DNA of 64,000 nt from Ruditapes philippinarum (GCF_026571515.1 NW_026857992.1:1-64000), one strand, 5' to 3'. Positions 40,054 to 54,091 are shown, counted from the stretch's first letter. A program made the numbers and translations. Notes: generated from the sequence alone by a model not told the origin.

Positions 40054-41655
40054 AGCTAGCCTTTGTCACAAGTATAGGGGCTAGCCTTTGTCACAAGTAT
40101 AGGGGCTAGCCTTTGTCACAAGTATAGGAGCTAGCCTTTGTCACAAGTATAGGGGCTAGCCTTTGTCACAAGTATAGGAGCTAGCCTTTGTCACAAGTAT
40201 AGGAGCTAGCCTTTGTCACAAGTACATATAGAGCTAGCCTTTGTCACAAGTATAGGAGCTAGCCTTTGTCACAAGTATAGAGCTAGCCTTTGTCACAAGT
40301 ATAGGAGCTAGCCTTTGTCACAGATATAGAGCTAGCCTTTGTCACAAGTATAGGAGCTAGCCTTTGTCACAGATATAGGAGCTAGCCTTTGTCACAAGTA
40401 TATGAGCTAGCCTTTGTCACAGATAAAGAGCTAGGCTTTGTCACAGATATAGAGCTAGCCTTTGTCACAATTATAGAGCTAGCCTTTGTCACAGATATAG
40501 GGGCTAGCCTTTGTCACAAGTATAGAGCTAGCCTTTGTCACAGATATAGGAGCTAGCCTTTGTCACAAGTGTAGGGGCTAGCCTTTGTCACAGGTATAGG
40601 AGCTAGCCTTTGTCACAGATATAGAGCTTGCCTTTGTCACAGATATAGAACTAGCCTTTGTCACAGATATAGGAGCTAGCCTTTGTCACAGATATAGAGC
40701 TAGCCTTTGTCACAAGTATAGAAGCTAGCCTTTGTCACAGTATAGGAGCTAGCCTTTGTCACAGAGTATAGAGCTAGCCTTTGTCACAGATATAGAGCTA
40801 GCCTTTGTCACAGATATAGAGCTAGCCTTTGTCACAAGTATAGGAGCTAGCCTTTGTCACAGATATAGAGCTAGCCTTTGCCACAAGTATAGGGGCTAGC
40901 CTTTGTCACAGATATAGAGCTAGCCTTTGTCACAGATATAGAGCTAGCCTTTGTCACAAATATAGGAGCTAGCCTTTGTCACAGATAAAGAGCTAGGCTT
41001 TGTCACAAGTATAGGAACCAGCCTTTGTCACAAGTATAGGGGCTAGCCTTTGTCACAGATATAGAGCTAGCCTTTGTCACAAGTATAGAGCTAGCCTTTG
41101 TCACAAGTATAGAGCTAGCCTTTGTCACAGATATAGAGCTAGCCTTTGTCACAGATATAGAGCTAGCCTTTGTCACAGATAAAGAGCTAGTCTTTGTCAC
41201 AAGTATAGAGCTAGCCTTTGTCACAGATAAAGAACTAGCCTTTGTCACAAGTATAGGAGCTAGCCTTTGTCACAAATATAGGAGCTAGCCTTTGTCACAG
41301 GTATAGGAGCTAGCCTTTTTCACAGATATAGAGCTTGCCTTTGTCACAGATATAGAACTGGCCTTTGTCACAGATATAGAGCTAGCCTTTGCCACAAGTA
41401 TAGGAGCTAGCCTTTTTCACATGTATAGGAGTTAACCTTTGTCACAGATATAGAGCTAGCCTTTGTCACAAGTATAGAGCTAGTCTTTGTCACAGATATA
41501 GGAGCTAGCCTTTGTCACAAGTGTAGGGGCTAGCCTTTGTCACAAGTATAGGAGCTAGCCTTTGCCCACAGATATAGGAGCTAGCCTTTGTCACAAGTGT
41601 AGGGGCTAGCCTTTGTCACAAGTATAGGAGCTAGCCTTTGCCACAAGTATATAGC
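40054..41655. repeat. 24/25-bp minisatellite, ~65 copies, in the CABIT-gene intron
   Basis: Unit AGCTAGCCTTTGTCAC(AAG/AGA)TATAG(G); source of the spurious VTKASSI ORF. Confidence 0.95.
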
Positions 41656-42056
41656 TAACGTATGCCACAAATGTACGTAAAGCCAGTAATAACTTCGTTA
41701 ATTTTGCAAAAGATAACTGTTACAGGAAAATGAAATTTTTATCAGTAATTACAAAAATATCAAAAAAAAGTAAACCATCTCTATATTATTTCCACGGGAC
41801 AGAAACTTTAAGGACATGGGACTTTTGTTATTCAGTTTATTGATAATATTTTAATGTTTTAATAGTATAGAATTTAACCAATCCTATAAATTGGAAAGCC
41901 ACCAAGCGGATTGGACATTCTTTGGGAGATTATAAATAAGAAGTAGTAAATAGTATAAAGAATAAACAACTATTGGTATTAGTCATTCTGTCGCTGCCTT
42001 GTCTTTGCTATAGTAATTGCATTACTTATGCAACAGATGAATGACGATAACGGCAG

Positions 42057-42133
42057 AATGAATGAATGAATGAATGAATGAATGAATGAATGAATGAATG
42101 AATGAATGAATGAATGAACGAACGAACGAACGA
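42057..42133. repeat. (GAAT)n(GAAC)n microsatellite
   Basis: Directly visible; ~35 bp inside the intron from the CABIT exon donor. Confidence 0.95.
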
Positions 42134-42165
42134 AATAAAAAAAAGATAAAAAGAAAGATATTCAC

Positions 42166-42481
42166 CTTCATAATCTTTAGGTATTACCACCGTGTCATCA
42201 TTCTCCGTGAACTTTCCGCTGACTGGGTCAGTGATGACGTTTCTAGCCAGTAACTTCCGCACGGTTCGGGAGTCGAACAGTAACAACGGTTGCCCGAGGT
42301 TAATAGGCAATGGCGAATCCTTCTTGACCATTATAGCTTGTGGGTTGCACTTCACTATCTGTGGCAAACTAAACTGAGCCAACAAGTCCTCGACCGTGTA
42401 AGCCTGTGTACTCCACTGTGCCCTCTTCTGTTGAGACATTCCCGACTCCGAGACCCGGCTTGCGCTTCGTTTAGCAGACAT
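42166..42481 (-). CDS. CABIT-domain protein (GAREM/Themis/serrano-like), first coding exon
   Basis: MSAKR...QWSTQAYTVEDLLAQFSLPQIVKC...VVIPKDYE(G); W-S...LPQIV and IP..Y.G motifs are typical of CABIT; donor G|gtgaat; an acceptor-like tttgtag just upstream of the ATG suggests a further 5' exon. Confidence 0.8.
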
Positions 42482-45400
42482 TATCAATTGTGTCCGCTCC
42501 CTACAAACTTTACATTTAAAAAGTCCGTATATAATGTTAAATTTTACCGACGACACTAGACGAAAGACACGTTATGCACGAATTAAGTGCCACTTTTAAC
42601 TGTTTAAACACTTAGTGTTTATTTAGGCCGTATTCTGAATATTATAAAAAGGGTGCCAATTAGTGACCCACGAAAATTATGACAGTATTCCTATAATATA
42701 ATTGATTTATGTCCAATACACTGTGGCGATAGATAGCAAAGGCTTTCTATGTATAATATACATATATCATTTTATAACACGCACCGTTAAGCGCACTTCA
42801 ATGATTTATTTGGCGACTATTCCAACTGCAAAATGTTGAAAACTGACAGACTATTTACCCAATAACGACTATATAAATAGAGAAATTTCATGCCTTGCTG
42901 CACTTTGAATTGAATTGAATACCAACGATTTAGAAGAGCAATCTATTTTATCGACCAAATACCAAACTTTCTTCTTTATTTAGATCTACTGAAATTAGGC
43001 TGAAAGAAGAAAAATAACTGCGTGGGCTGCTGTGTACAGCAGGTGTGTACCGTAAAGTTACGCGTAAACTGGAAGACTGATTATCTACTAGCCCAGTCGC
43101 TTTTAAATAATTATATTTCATATAAATATATAACACCGGGAAAATATGTGTTATTTAATCAATTACCCCGAACAAATACTTGATTTGGACACTGTTCTGT
43201 AGGTTTAGATTTTTCATATTTTAACTTTGAAAAGTATAGTACAAACTTTTTAGTCACACATAGTACACTTGAATTTACAGTAAGAATAACTCGTATTGGC
43301 ATATTGTGAAATTAACATTACAAAAATAGTAAGAGGTAATTATGCTAACTATTCGCTTCTTTTCTTTTTGTGACTTGAGAAAACTTTCGTAAAGGTTCTA
43401 TATATTTCATGTTTGTTTAAGGTAGGAATGTAAACAAAACTTCTGCCGAAATGCTCACCCGGGCTAGTCCCAGACAATGGCAGGGACATTTAAGTTGCTG
43501 TCCTGTGACAACAGTAAGATGGTAACATACCCACTTAACACATCACTGCGTCCCGTGTGATTGTCGCAGCTGTTTAGAGTTCAATAGAATCTCTATTGTC
43601 TTCAACAATGTGTAATCACTCCATTTCAATGTTTAATTCACTGTCTGTTTGACTGAAGTTTTTTTTTAAAGGTTTGCATGATAAAATCACTTAATATTTG
43701 ATAGATATTTGTTTAATGGAAAAAAAAAGAAAAGAAAAAAAGCCCACTTGCATCAAATGTGTAAGAAAGATAACTCGTAAAAGAATAATTCACAATGATA
43801 GGTAGAGTTACTTATAGAACAATTTCAAACGTGATATAGATTTTTTGGGCAAATGAAAACAGGGCTTAATGGGGTATAAGATTAATTTGATACGAATTTT
43901 TTGGACTCTAAAAAGAAAACGAGTTTAGAAAGATAAAGTTGTATCAAATAAAAATTACTTTATATCAACCGATCGCTGCTTTTAAATTGTACCTGGTCAC
44001 TATCCGGAATATTTCCATATTGGACGCCGTCGCTGTTGCGCCCAATTTAATCAGCAACATCGGACAATGTGTTTGATAACATCAATGGTAAAAGTTGACA
44101 AAAGTATGCGGTTGAATTTCAACGCGTTGAAAGCGTGTAGCGAAATTGTATCTGACTCGACAAACCATAACAATATTTGATCACAGTAAGTATTTCCTCA
44201 ATATGATTTTAATGCTGCAAAACATAGAACAGATACAAAACGGAAATATATTAAGACTCATTTACAGCTTAAGAAATCATGTCTTTTTCGCCCGGCGGCT
44301 TGTCATGGGCTTTTCAGCTGTGTACACTTCCACATGCATTTCCGTATTGTACAGTTCAATATTAGATAAACTGTATATTGCACAAAAGTTAAAAGTCCAA
44401 TACAATGTATATGTTTTACTCAACAATGTATAATAAAAGAATCAACATTATTTCACATCTTATAAAATGAAACTAATGAAATTTCAGCATTTGCTCATGA
44501 AATCTTCCAATTAGAATAATTATTATAGTGTCCACCGTTGTAAGATCCTTATAAGCTATAGTACTGATTATAATTTATAGCGAAATTATCAGTTTATTAC
44601 TTCATGGATGATCATGATATTTGCAAGCACTAGTAAAAATTTTTTGAAAAGAAAAACTCGAGCTGAAAAAGAATAGAAAGATATACTGGATAACTTTCAC
44701 TGTAAATCTTTGTAAAATGTAAAGGTATTGGAATGAAAATATGAGTCGAAGTATTGCTTCTAAACAAACTTGTGTGCGATGTTAATTCTCTTCCTACAAC
44801 ATTTGGGTTATCACAGTGGATATCTTTCAAGGCAATCACACAAACATGACAAGGGGTGATGAAAATAACAATAACATTTTTATACCAATACATTTATATT
44901 CAAGAAACACGAATCTACAACGTCAATAAAAGTCATATGAATAATAGTGCGTTTGATACATGAATTTCTTTTCGCTAGGTTTATTTATACAGACCGCCGG
45001 GACGAACCAGTGTCGGCCTGAATACATGCACCCTGCCCGGTATAAACTCGGTATTCTCCACCGGCGGTGACTTCTCGTGCTTATCTTCCGCCGCTGACCT
45101 GAATTTCGTTAGATGGTGGACATAACTTGGCAATACATCTAAGTACGGTACCACCCCCCCCCCCCCGCCCCAGTTAGTCACGACAGATCAACCAATCACT
45201 CCTTGTGCTAAGGATAATTTGACCTCACCTTGCATCTGCCTTAACTGCGACGAGCATACCTTGGCAGAAATTTCTTGTCATAACTATACATGTACATTTG
45301 CAAGTAAGATTACATATTATGCTAAATACAATAGTTTGTCCTTACCAATTTTAAAATGGATATTTTTCTCCCAGCTTTTTATAAAGTACTCAACATAAAC

Positions 45401-45900
45401 GTGATCTTTGTGAAAGTAATCAGAATCTCATTCAATTCGAAAGAACTCGGTTACTGTAGGTTAATTTTCGATTTACATTTGTAATTTTCTTGTTCTGGCA
45501 CTTTTTCTATTGTAGAACAATATATATCGTGTACATGTATTGCTTTACAGTACATTCAAATTCGAAAGCTGATAATCATTTTAAAGATAAGATTTGACCG
45601 AGTCTATCATTATTTATCATCAAGTATTCGCTTTAAATTGTGCAGGACTGATTTAAATTTAACATGATCCGTTTACTTACTATTGGAATATTTGGAATAT
45701 TCTGTGTTGCATATTCCTTGGTAAATTACATATATTGCAGTAAATTATATCTAATTCCTTATAAATACTCGCACATGGCAGGGCGTCCTGGGTCTACTTT
45801 TTCATGTTGCATACTTCAAATCAAAATTTTAACATCATGCGTGATGTGGCTTCATTTTTGATGCCGTGGATCGTAGATTTTATGATAAGATGAAGCTAGA

Positions 45901-46284
45901 TCATATATCCCTTTTGGAAGGTCGTAGTTTATATATCCCTTTTGGAAGGTCGTAGTTCATATATCTCTTTTGGAAGGTCGTAGTTCATATATCTCTTTTG
46001 GAAGGTCGTAGTTCATATATCCCTTTTGGAAGGTCGTAGTTGGTATATCTCTTTTGGAAGGTCATAGTTCATATAACTCTTTTGGAAGGTCTAAGTTCAT
46101 ATATCCCTTTTGGAAGGTCGTAGTTCAAAAATCCCCTTTGGAAGGTCGTAGTTCATATATCCCTTATGGAAGGTCGTAGTTCATATACCCCTTCTGGAAG
46201 TCGTAGTTCATATATCTCTTGGAAGGTCGTAGTTCATATATCCCATTTGCAAGGTTGTAGTTCTTATATCCTTTTTGGAAGGTC
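45901..46284. repeat. 28-bp minisatellite, ~14 copies
   Basis: Unit TCATATATCCCTTTTGGAAGGTCGTAGT. Confidence 0.92.
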
Positions 46285-49189
46285 GGTTGTTCTTCTTTTG
46301 CAGAAAGCGGGACCACTTGAGATTTAAAAATCCCCACTAATAAAGCTCAAAAGTCGTCTGATGGTTTTTCAAAGTGTTGATGTCACAAAAATATTTATTT
46401 TAACCAATGGAAAAAAATCTCAAAATTAGTAAGAGATATTTCATATTTGTTTAGCTACAATTGAACAGTTGAGATCTGCGATTCTTTTACATTTTATTAG
46501 TCCATGACAACACAAAAGCCACATCATGGCGGCCATGGGCATCATGGTACAGGACCCACAGTAGAACCATCGGAGCACGAAAATTTCAAGTTCATCTATG
46601 AACCACATTCGGTAAGTTGACGGCATAATCAATAATAATTAAATTTTGAAATACCTTGAGATAGAATGTTATTATTGAGCAGAAAACAAAGATATGTATC
46701 CCCAAATCGGCATCAATTCTTATGTGGTCCATCCCCAACATGCCATGCCACTTTGTAGTACCACAATCAATCTATCCTTTATAATATGTTAACATTTCAT
46801 TTGAATGACCTATAGAATATTTACAGCACATGATGATCGTAGTGAATGGTCACAAATGTTACATGTTCATGTTGTCTGACTCCGAGAAAGCTGCTATACA
46901 CACGGACGCCGGTATCAGAGCTGTTGAGGTTAGTAATAGAGCATATTGAATGAGTGTAAGTTCAATACTGAATTTATTGCACGACTTGAATAAGATTATA
47001 TTAAGCGAGTCTCTGGCGAGCATAATATTATTTAATTCAACGAGTGCAATAAATTCAGTATTGAACTTACACGGATTTAATATTCTATTTATCACATACC
47101 CAAAATAAAGACCATTTTAAGTGAAATAAGAGTCATTTTTCATTGACGCGCCTATAGTATAACGCTAACATTTAGCGCGTCTTTACACTATGTTTGCATA
47201 ACGCTAATGACGTCACGTCAAAATATATGCACGGTCGTGCAGTACCATATTTACGAAGTCGCAAAATCGGCACGGGTGTGCAATATTTATTGCATCGTTG
47301 ATCTGAGATTATGAAAGTTATACCATTTTATCAGATTGCGTATTTAAGCAACTTCGGTATATGATTATTCAAGTAAAATTAGAGTTGTCGAGTTATGAAC
47401 TGCCATCTCTGGTTATCAAATATATACCATTTATTCAGAGTTCTTGAGTTCTGTACATATTCAATCGTTGTCAATCTATGGGTATAAAATGTTATATGTA
47501 ATTATAATACACATGTAGGCATTATAGATCTCTTGTTTTTAAAGTGAATCATTTAATAGTGTTATTGAATATGATGAATAGAGGGCAAAACAATCTCAGA
47601 AAGGAAAATCAGAAAAGGTTAACCTTGTGATGCAACATTTTCTCCAAGTCGTTTCACTTTTATTGCTGCATTGAGTACGAACATGAAAATAAACGATGGT
47701 TAATTACAGCGTTTATGAAATTTAGATATTTCAAATTTGTGTGTGTTAATGTATTGAGTTATGTAAAATGATGGACATTTCATGCCTTATTTTAAAATAA
47801 AGTATATATTGATTATATATTTTATTTCATGCTTATGCCAAGACAATAATTGACACCCAACAATTAATTAATGAACAAATGCAAAATTGATATGTAAAAT
47901 CGAATTCTAAATATGATTTTTTCTAAACAAAAACACCATACTTTTTCAAGTCAAGATCCATTTTTTAAATATTTTTTCATATTTTTCGTTTAAATTTTCC
48001 CTTTTGTTAGTTCCACCCATTGTTGCACACACTTTCTTTTACTTAGGGACCAGATGCCGTTTTTCATGGAATGACACGGAAGTGTCACATTAAAGGTTCC
48101 ATGATAACCGCCGTATAAACACATCTGCGGATGTTTCTAAATTAGAAATTTTACCATTTCATGTTTGAATTTTAATTCTGCTTAAGCCGTTGCAAGGGGG
48201 TGTGGACGGTAATTGCCAGTAACGTCCATGAACAGGCTCAATCAAACCGAGCCTGCAACATTTTCAATTTTGCCGTGTTGGGCTTTCTTTAGGGATTCTT
48301 ATTTTCTCTGTTTTAAATACCCCAGTTGATCTCTGTTGCATGTATTTTAAAAAATCATGATCAGGCTTTTGAACCTAAGTGAAGCTCATTGCAGAAAAAA
48401 AGGTTTAGTATGTGATTTATGAGCACTAGCTGTCCCTTTTTTTACACAAATAACAGTCTGTCCTCAGGTGGACTCTTTGGAGCCAAATTGCCATTGACCC
48501 TCTTGTTTTAAATATGCTATGTATGGTTTTCATTGTTTTAGAGGCATGTTAATTGGCATTTTATAATATACCGATATCAATCCATTACACATCTATGATT
48601 GTGATCCGTCAAATACAATCCATGATTACTGAGTAATTAGTTTTTAACATTATCAAATATAACAAGTGCAAAGGTTAAATCAATTTTTAAGCAATAATGA
48701 AATGTTAATTAATAACCACGCGTAACTACTAATAAAGAGATGGGATTTATTTCAGCTGAAACTTTTGGGCACACTCAGCACGGCTTCCGTTACAGAGGTC
48801 ACCAAGGACAAAGTTGCTGCCAGGGTTGTACATGCATGCGGGGCACACATCACACACTATTACTTGCAAACATATGCATAAGTTTTCTATCAGAAAAACA
48901 ATAATTACAGTAATACCTTTACCATACAATTACAGTGTTTGTTTTATTGCTCCAATCCGTTTGTGTCACATATTTTGTATAAAAAACAACCAACAGCATA
49001 TTATAGATACATGGAAGAACACCCAATATTGCGTCCTTAAAAATGTTGCCGGGTTCGGTTGGAATGAGTGAGCCAGAAACATTTATTTTTTTCAATTTTG
49101 CCGCTTTGACTTTTAGGCGTTCTTAAGAATTATATTTTAACAATCTTTTATTTTTATTTGTTAAGCATGCACATGAAAGTTAGCTGTAA

Positions 49190-51130
49190 CATGCAGTAGT
49201 TTTAACACAAATGGTGTTTTAACGTTTGGCACTAGAAAATGGCGTTTTCTACCAAAATTTCTACACTTTTAAAAGAAAAGAAAAAATAAACAAATTTAGG
49301 TCCAAAAAACGGCCATGCCACGCGGAAATCTCTGGGCTATATTCCTTTGCCTTAACCTTTGTGCCTAATATTACTGTAAAGAAGAACCTCCAAAATGATA
49401 ATAATTTTCAATTTTCAACGGAATCACACAAATGGTGTTTAAACGGTTGGCATTAAAAATGTTTTGTTTTTTTTTTACAAAAGAATGATCGTTTTTTGTA
49501 CAGAAAAAGAACAAAACGCCGGTTAAAAAAACTACCATGCCACGCGGAAATCTATGGGCGATTATTCCTTATATTACTGTAATTTAGAACCTCCAAATTG
49601 ATACAATTTCTTATTTTCAACAGAATCACACAGATGGTGTTTAAACGGTTGGCATAAGAAAATTGTGTGTGTAACCAAAAACTGTACACTTTATATAGAA
49701 AAAGAACAAATCGCCGGTCAAAAAACGACGATGCAACGCGGACATGTCTGGGCCATATTACTTAGCTTACACCTTTTAGTCTTATATTACAGTCCAACTA
49801 ATACAATGTCCAAATTTTAACGTAACACAAAAGGTGTTTTAACGGTTGGCATTAGAAAATGGTTGTTTTTGCAAAAAAAGTATACTTTAGAAAGAAAAAA
49901 AAAAAAAATCACAGGCCCAAAAAAAGGACCATGCCACGCGGAAATCTCAGGGAATCACACCACAAATAGTGTTTTAACCGATGGCATTAGAAAATGGTGT
50001 TTGCACCAAGAATTGTACACTTTATACAGAATTTAAACGTACAAATCTCCGGTCCAAAAAACGACCATGTCGCGCGGAAATATCTGAGCCATCCTCCAGA
50101 CTAATACAATTTCTAAATTTCAAGTGAGACACACCAAAGGTGTATTAGAAAATTGTGTTTGTTACCAAAAATTGTACACTTTATATAGAAAAAGAACAAA
50201 TCGCCGGTAAAAAGAACGACCATGCCACGTGGACATCTCTCGGGGCCATATTCATTGACCTAGACCTTGGTGTCTTCCAAACTAATACAATTTCCAATTT
50301 ACAACTGCATCACACGAATGGTGTTTTAGCCGTTAGCATTACATAATAGTGTTTTAAAAGAATGAAATGTTCACATTATATAGAAAAAGAACGTACAAGT
50401 CCCCGGTAAAAAAAACAAAACAAAAAACGACACATGCCACGCGGAAATCTCTCGGTCATATTCATGGAATTAGACCTTTGTGTCTTATATTACTTTAAAG
50501 AAGAACCTGCAAACTAATACAATTTCCAGTTTTCAACGAAATTACACAAAGGGTGTGTTAACAATTGGCATAAGAAAATGGTGTTTTTCACCAAAACTTG
50601 AACACTTCATATAAAAAAACCAAATCGCCTGTCCATAAAAATGACGATGCCACGCGGATATCTCCGGGCCATTTTACTTGGCATTGAGCATTATTTATAT
50701 TACTGGAAAGAAGAACCTCCCAACAAATACAATTTTCAATTTTCAGCGGAATCACACAAAAAGCGTTTGAAACGTAGTCCTCAGAATGGGGTGTTTCTTA
50801 CGATTTTTTTTTTCACTTTATGTAAAGAAAGAACAAATCGCCGATCCAAAAAGCGGAAATGTCGAGGGTGTTTTCCTTGGGCTAGAAAATTGTAACTTAA
50901 TTATATTGCTGTAATGAAGAACCTTTAAATTTAAACTAATTGAATTTTTAATCCGCCACGGAATCAGACAACTGATGTTTTAACGGTTGACAGCAGAAAA
51001 TGTTGATTTTTACGTACGTTTATATACAGAAAGAACAAGTTACAAGTTGTGTGCCCTAGTAGTTCAAGAGAACCTCCGAACTTTTGCGGATGTTAATCTG
51101 AAACGGAATCAAAAGAATGGTGGTTTCTCA
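49190..51130. repeat. Degenerate ~140-220-bp tandem repeat array
   Basis: Recurring ACCATGCCACGCGGAAATCTC and ACAAATGGTGTTTAAACGGTTGGCATTAGAAAAT blocks, 8 or more copies. Confidence 0.75.
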
Positions 51131-51961
51131 TTTGGCTTAAAACAATGTTTTGTTTTACGAAAATGTAAACAAACATAATTGGATGTTATAAAGAACATAC
51201 AGTGTTTAATGTGATTGCATTTAATGCTACAAACTTCAATAATAAAAACTTTATTCATGGTTCAGTCATAAAAAATCTTTTATTAAAATATATGTCTTCA
51301 AAACAAAGATAATTTCAAACATTATACGCTGACGACTTTTTAATTATTTTTGTTGGTGATCCTAACTCGGTATAATTGTTAAGTAATTTGCATCTTGAAA
51401 GTTTATTAACTGAATAATATATATCCCAATAGGTTTTTATTATATCTGGCCGAGTTGACCCGTGCCGAGTTAACTCGTGCAGACTCGGTTTAGGGCCGGC
51501 TTGACACTTTACCATAAAACACGCTTATTATTTTACATAATTCTATTTTTTGTGTGTGTGTTTAATTTGCAAGTGATATAGGTCGATAAATTGTGTTTTT
51601 AAGCGCACGGTACGACCAGTTGCACAGGACGGTGTGATGAACGTTAGCCATCCGTACAGAATTGTACGGCCTTTTACAGAATTTATATATTCGTTTATTC
51701 GCAATATCTCGGACTATTTATGTCGGCCATAGTTGCTATAGGAGACAAACAGGGTAAGTTAATTTTTTTCTGTGCTGTAAGTTTATGTATGTGTGTATCT
51801 GTCCTTTTTACACGTATTTAAGAAAGTAAATATCACATATTACACTGACAAATCGAATTATTGTTAATAATTTATGTGATACTTCAGAAAAAATGTCTTC
51901 CTGATCAAATAATTTTCGTCCTCAATTATTTTCGCACATTTTGATGATTTTCGTGTATTAA

Positions 51962-53265
51962 GGGGGCAGGGGACCTAAAATGAACAATTTTGTATTTCAG
52001 TGTGGCCAGAAACACAATTCCAAATATTTCAAAATCCGTTTCACATGCTGATAACCAGTTGCACAGCATTATTCAATGATATATTACATACATTAAAGAA
52101 AATAATAGTTTGCATGCATTGCTCCTTAAAAAAATGACTGACAGCAATTTATATTTACCTACTGACAGCAATTTATATTTACCCCTACCCAGCCAAAATC
52201 ACACCTAAAACATACCAATATAGGCAATCTTCATGAAGGTGCAGCATACTCCAGAATCCGCCCTATTCCTTTAAAAATATCACTAACACGCAGTGCAAGC
52301 TATGGCATTTTCAAAAATGACCAATAAAGTGTCTGTCATACGTTTAGATTTTTCACAAAATTTATCCGAAATTTCTTACTTGCTTGGCGCCAACTGTCAA
52401 AGCTTGATTTTTAACTTTTTCACCTTCATTTGGAGAGTCACAAATACATACAAAGCTGCCAAAATGCTTAGTTTTGGGTAAAAACCCAAAAATACTGCTC
52501 ATTCCTACATACAAACAAGAAAGAATTACAATGACAGATAAATATTAGAAGTTTCCAGTACCTTCAAAACACCATGTCTGAGTTATTAAAAAATTTGACC
52601 GGCTATCATTTGAAAAATTATTGTTGTTTTGTCGAACTACCGGTTCGACGAACTTAATTTATGAAGAGCTGTGAAAGTGGTTTTGTTGATCTAATGTTAT
52701 ATAGTAATTAAAGGCAAAGTAGACATGGTTCATATATATATAAACACAGACACTTGGGGTTGACGTTTTTCAAAACGGCTTATATTAAGTTTTTTTATAT
52801 ATATGATCAGTGCATGTGCTGCTGGGTTTGACAAATATCATTTTAATTGGATTTTTAAGGCTTTTTAAGCTCTACACCTCAAGTGTCTGTATATATATAA
52901 AATATCATGAATATTTTGTTATAAATTTATTATCATTATTCGTTTTTTCAGGTTTTACTTATATACGTGTATATATTTCTATGATGTTGTTCTTTTGTAT
53001 TGTGTAATGTTTTTATGTAAATATTACTAAATTATACTAAAGAAAATAATAAATAAAAGGTTTAAATTTTCGAAATCTTGTCTTTAATTGCATGAAAATG
53101 GGTGATAAACCATGATAATTGGCGTGCCCATTATACAATAGATATTGTTTGCACAGTCACTATATAAATTAAGTTCGTCGAAATCACTACCTGTTTATTA
53201 TATAAGATCAGTTCGCCGAAACCACTCTCACCCTCATTCGAATAATTTTTATGTCCCCTGCCCCC
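51962..53265. mobile_element. TTAA non-autonomous DNA transposon (Kolobok-like)
   Basis: TTAA|GGGGGCAGGGGACCTAAAA ... TTTTATGTCCCCTGCCCCC|TTAA. Confidence 0.85.
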
Positions 53266-53834
53266 TTAAGACTAAAAGTAAAGGAGTTAACGCTCGAGGT
53301 TTTGATCTCTTTATAATTTAATACAGTTTTATTATAATAAACTTTTTTTCTATTGATAAAACATGATTTACGTTTTATTTTTGAATATGATGATCTTCTT
53401 TAAGTTCTTACAACTCTTATAATATTAGAAATCTTCAACCAATCGGGACCTTTTTTTTCATTACGAAAATTAATGCGCCTGTTATTTGACAACTTTATGC
53501 AGTGATCTCCCCTTAATTTTTCGGTATTAATATACATATGAAGGGGCTTCGAGGAGTTTGGACTACTTTCGGTATTTGCAAATAAGAACATCAGGGTCTG
53601 TAATTTCGCTACCATTATTTGTTTGGTTTGACGACCCAAACAAATGATAATTATATGATGTTCATAACTCTAGCGTTATTATTTTTAGAATTATCTTTCC
53701 ATATAAAATCTAATACAGAAATATTATGATATATCATAACTGATTTATCATTTATTTCATAGTTTTGTCTTCCTTTACTGCATCCAGAATTTAATGAGTC
53801 AAGCATGGCTGTCTCCCCTGACAGCTCTTGTTTG

Positions 53835-54091
53835 AAGCTCAACTATTCAAAGAATATGGAGAGCTGTTGTACTCACCTGGGCATCACCATCACACTGGCT
53901 AAGATTTTGCATGCAATTTGGTATAGATCTTCAAAACTACCGGAGGAAACAGATTGAAACTTCTCACACTTGTTCCCTTAGGTCACAGATCACATAACTC
54001 TGGGTTACTTTTTTTACAGAGAATTGTCCCTTTTCTTACTGTCAAGCACTGAGAATAGTCAAGTGCGCTGTCTTTCAGACAGCTCTTGTTT
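53835..54091 (+). mobile_element. Short Helentron-like element related to 4830-6266
   Basis: AGCTCAACTATTC start, GAATAGTCAAG + GCTGTC...GACAGCTCTTGTT end; directly preceded by the 3' end of another copy (~53796-53832). Confidence 0.65.

Noticed and set aside
41003-41248. (VTKASSIS)n ORF
   Set aside because: Chance run of 24-bp units within an intronic minisatellite.
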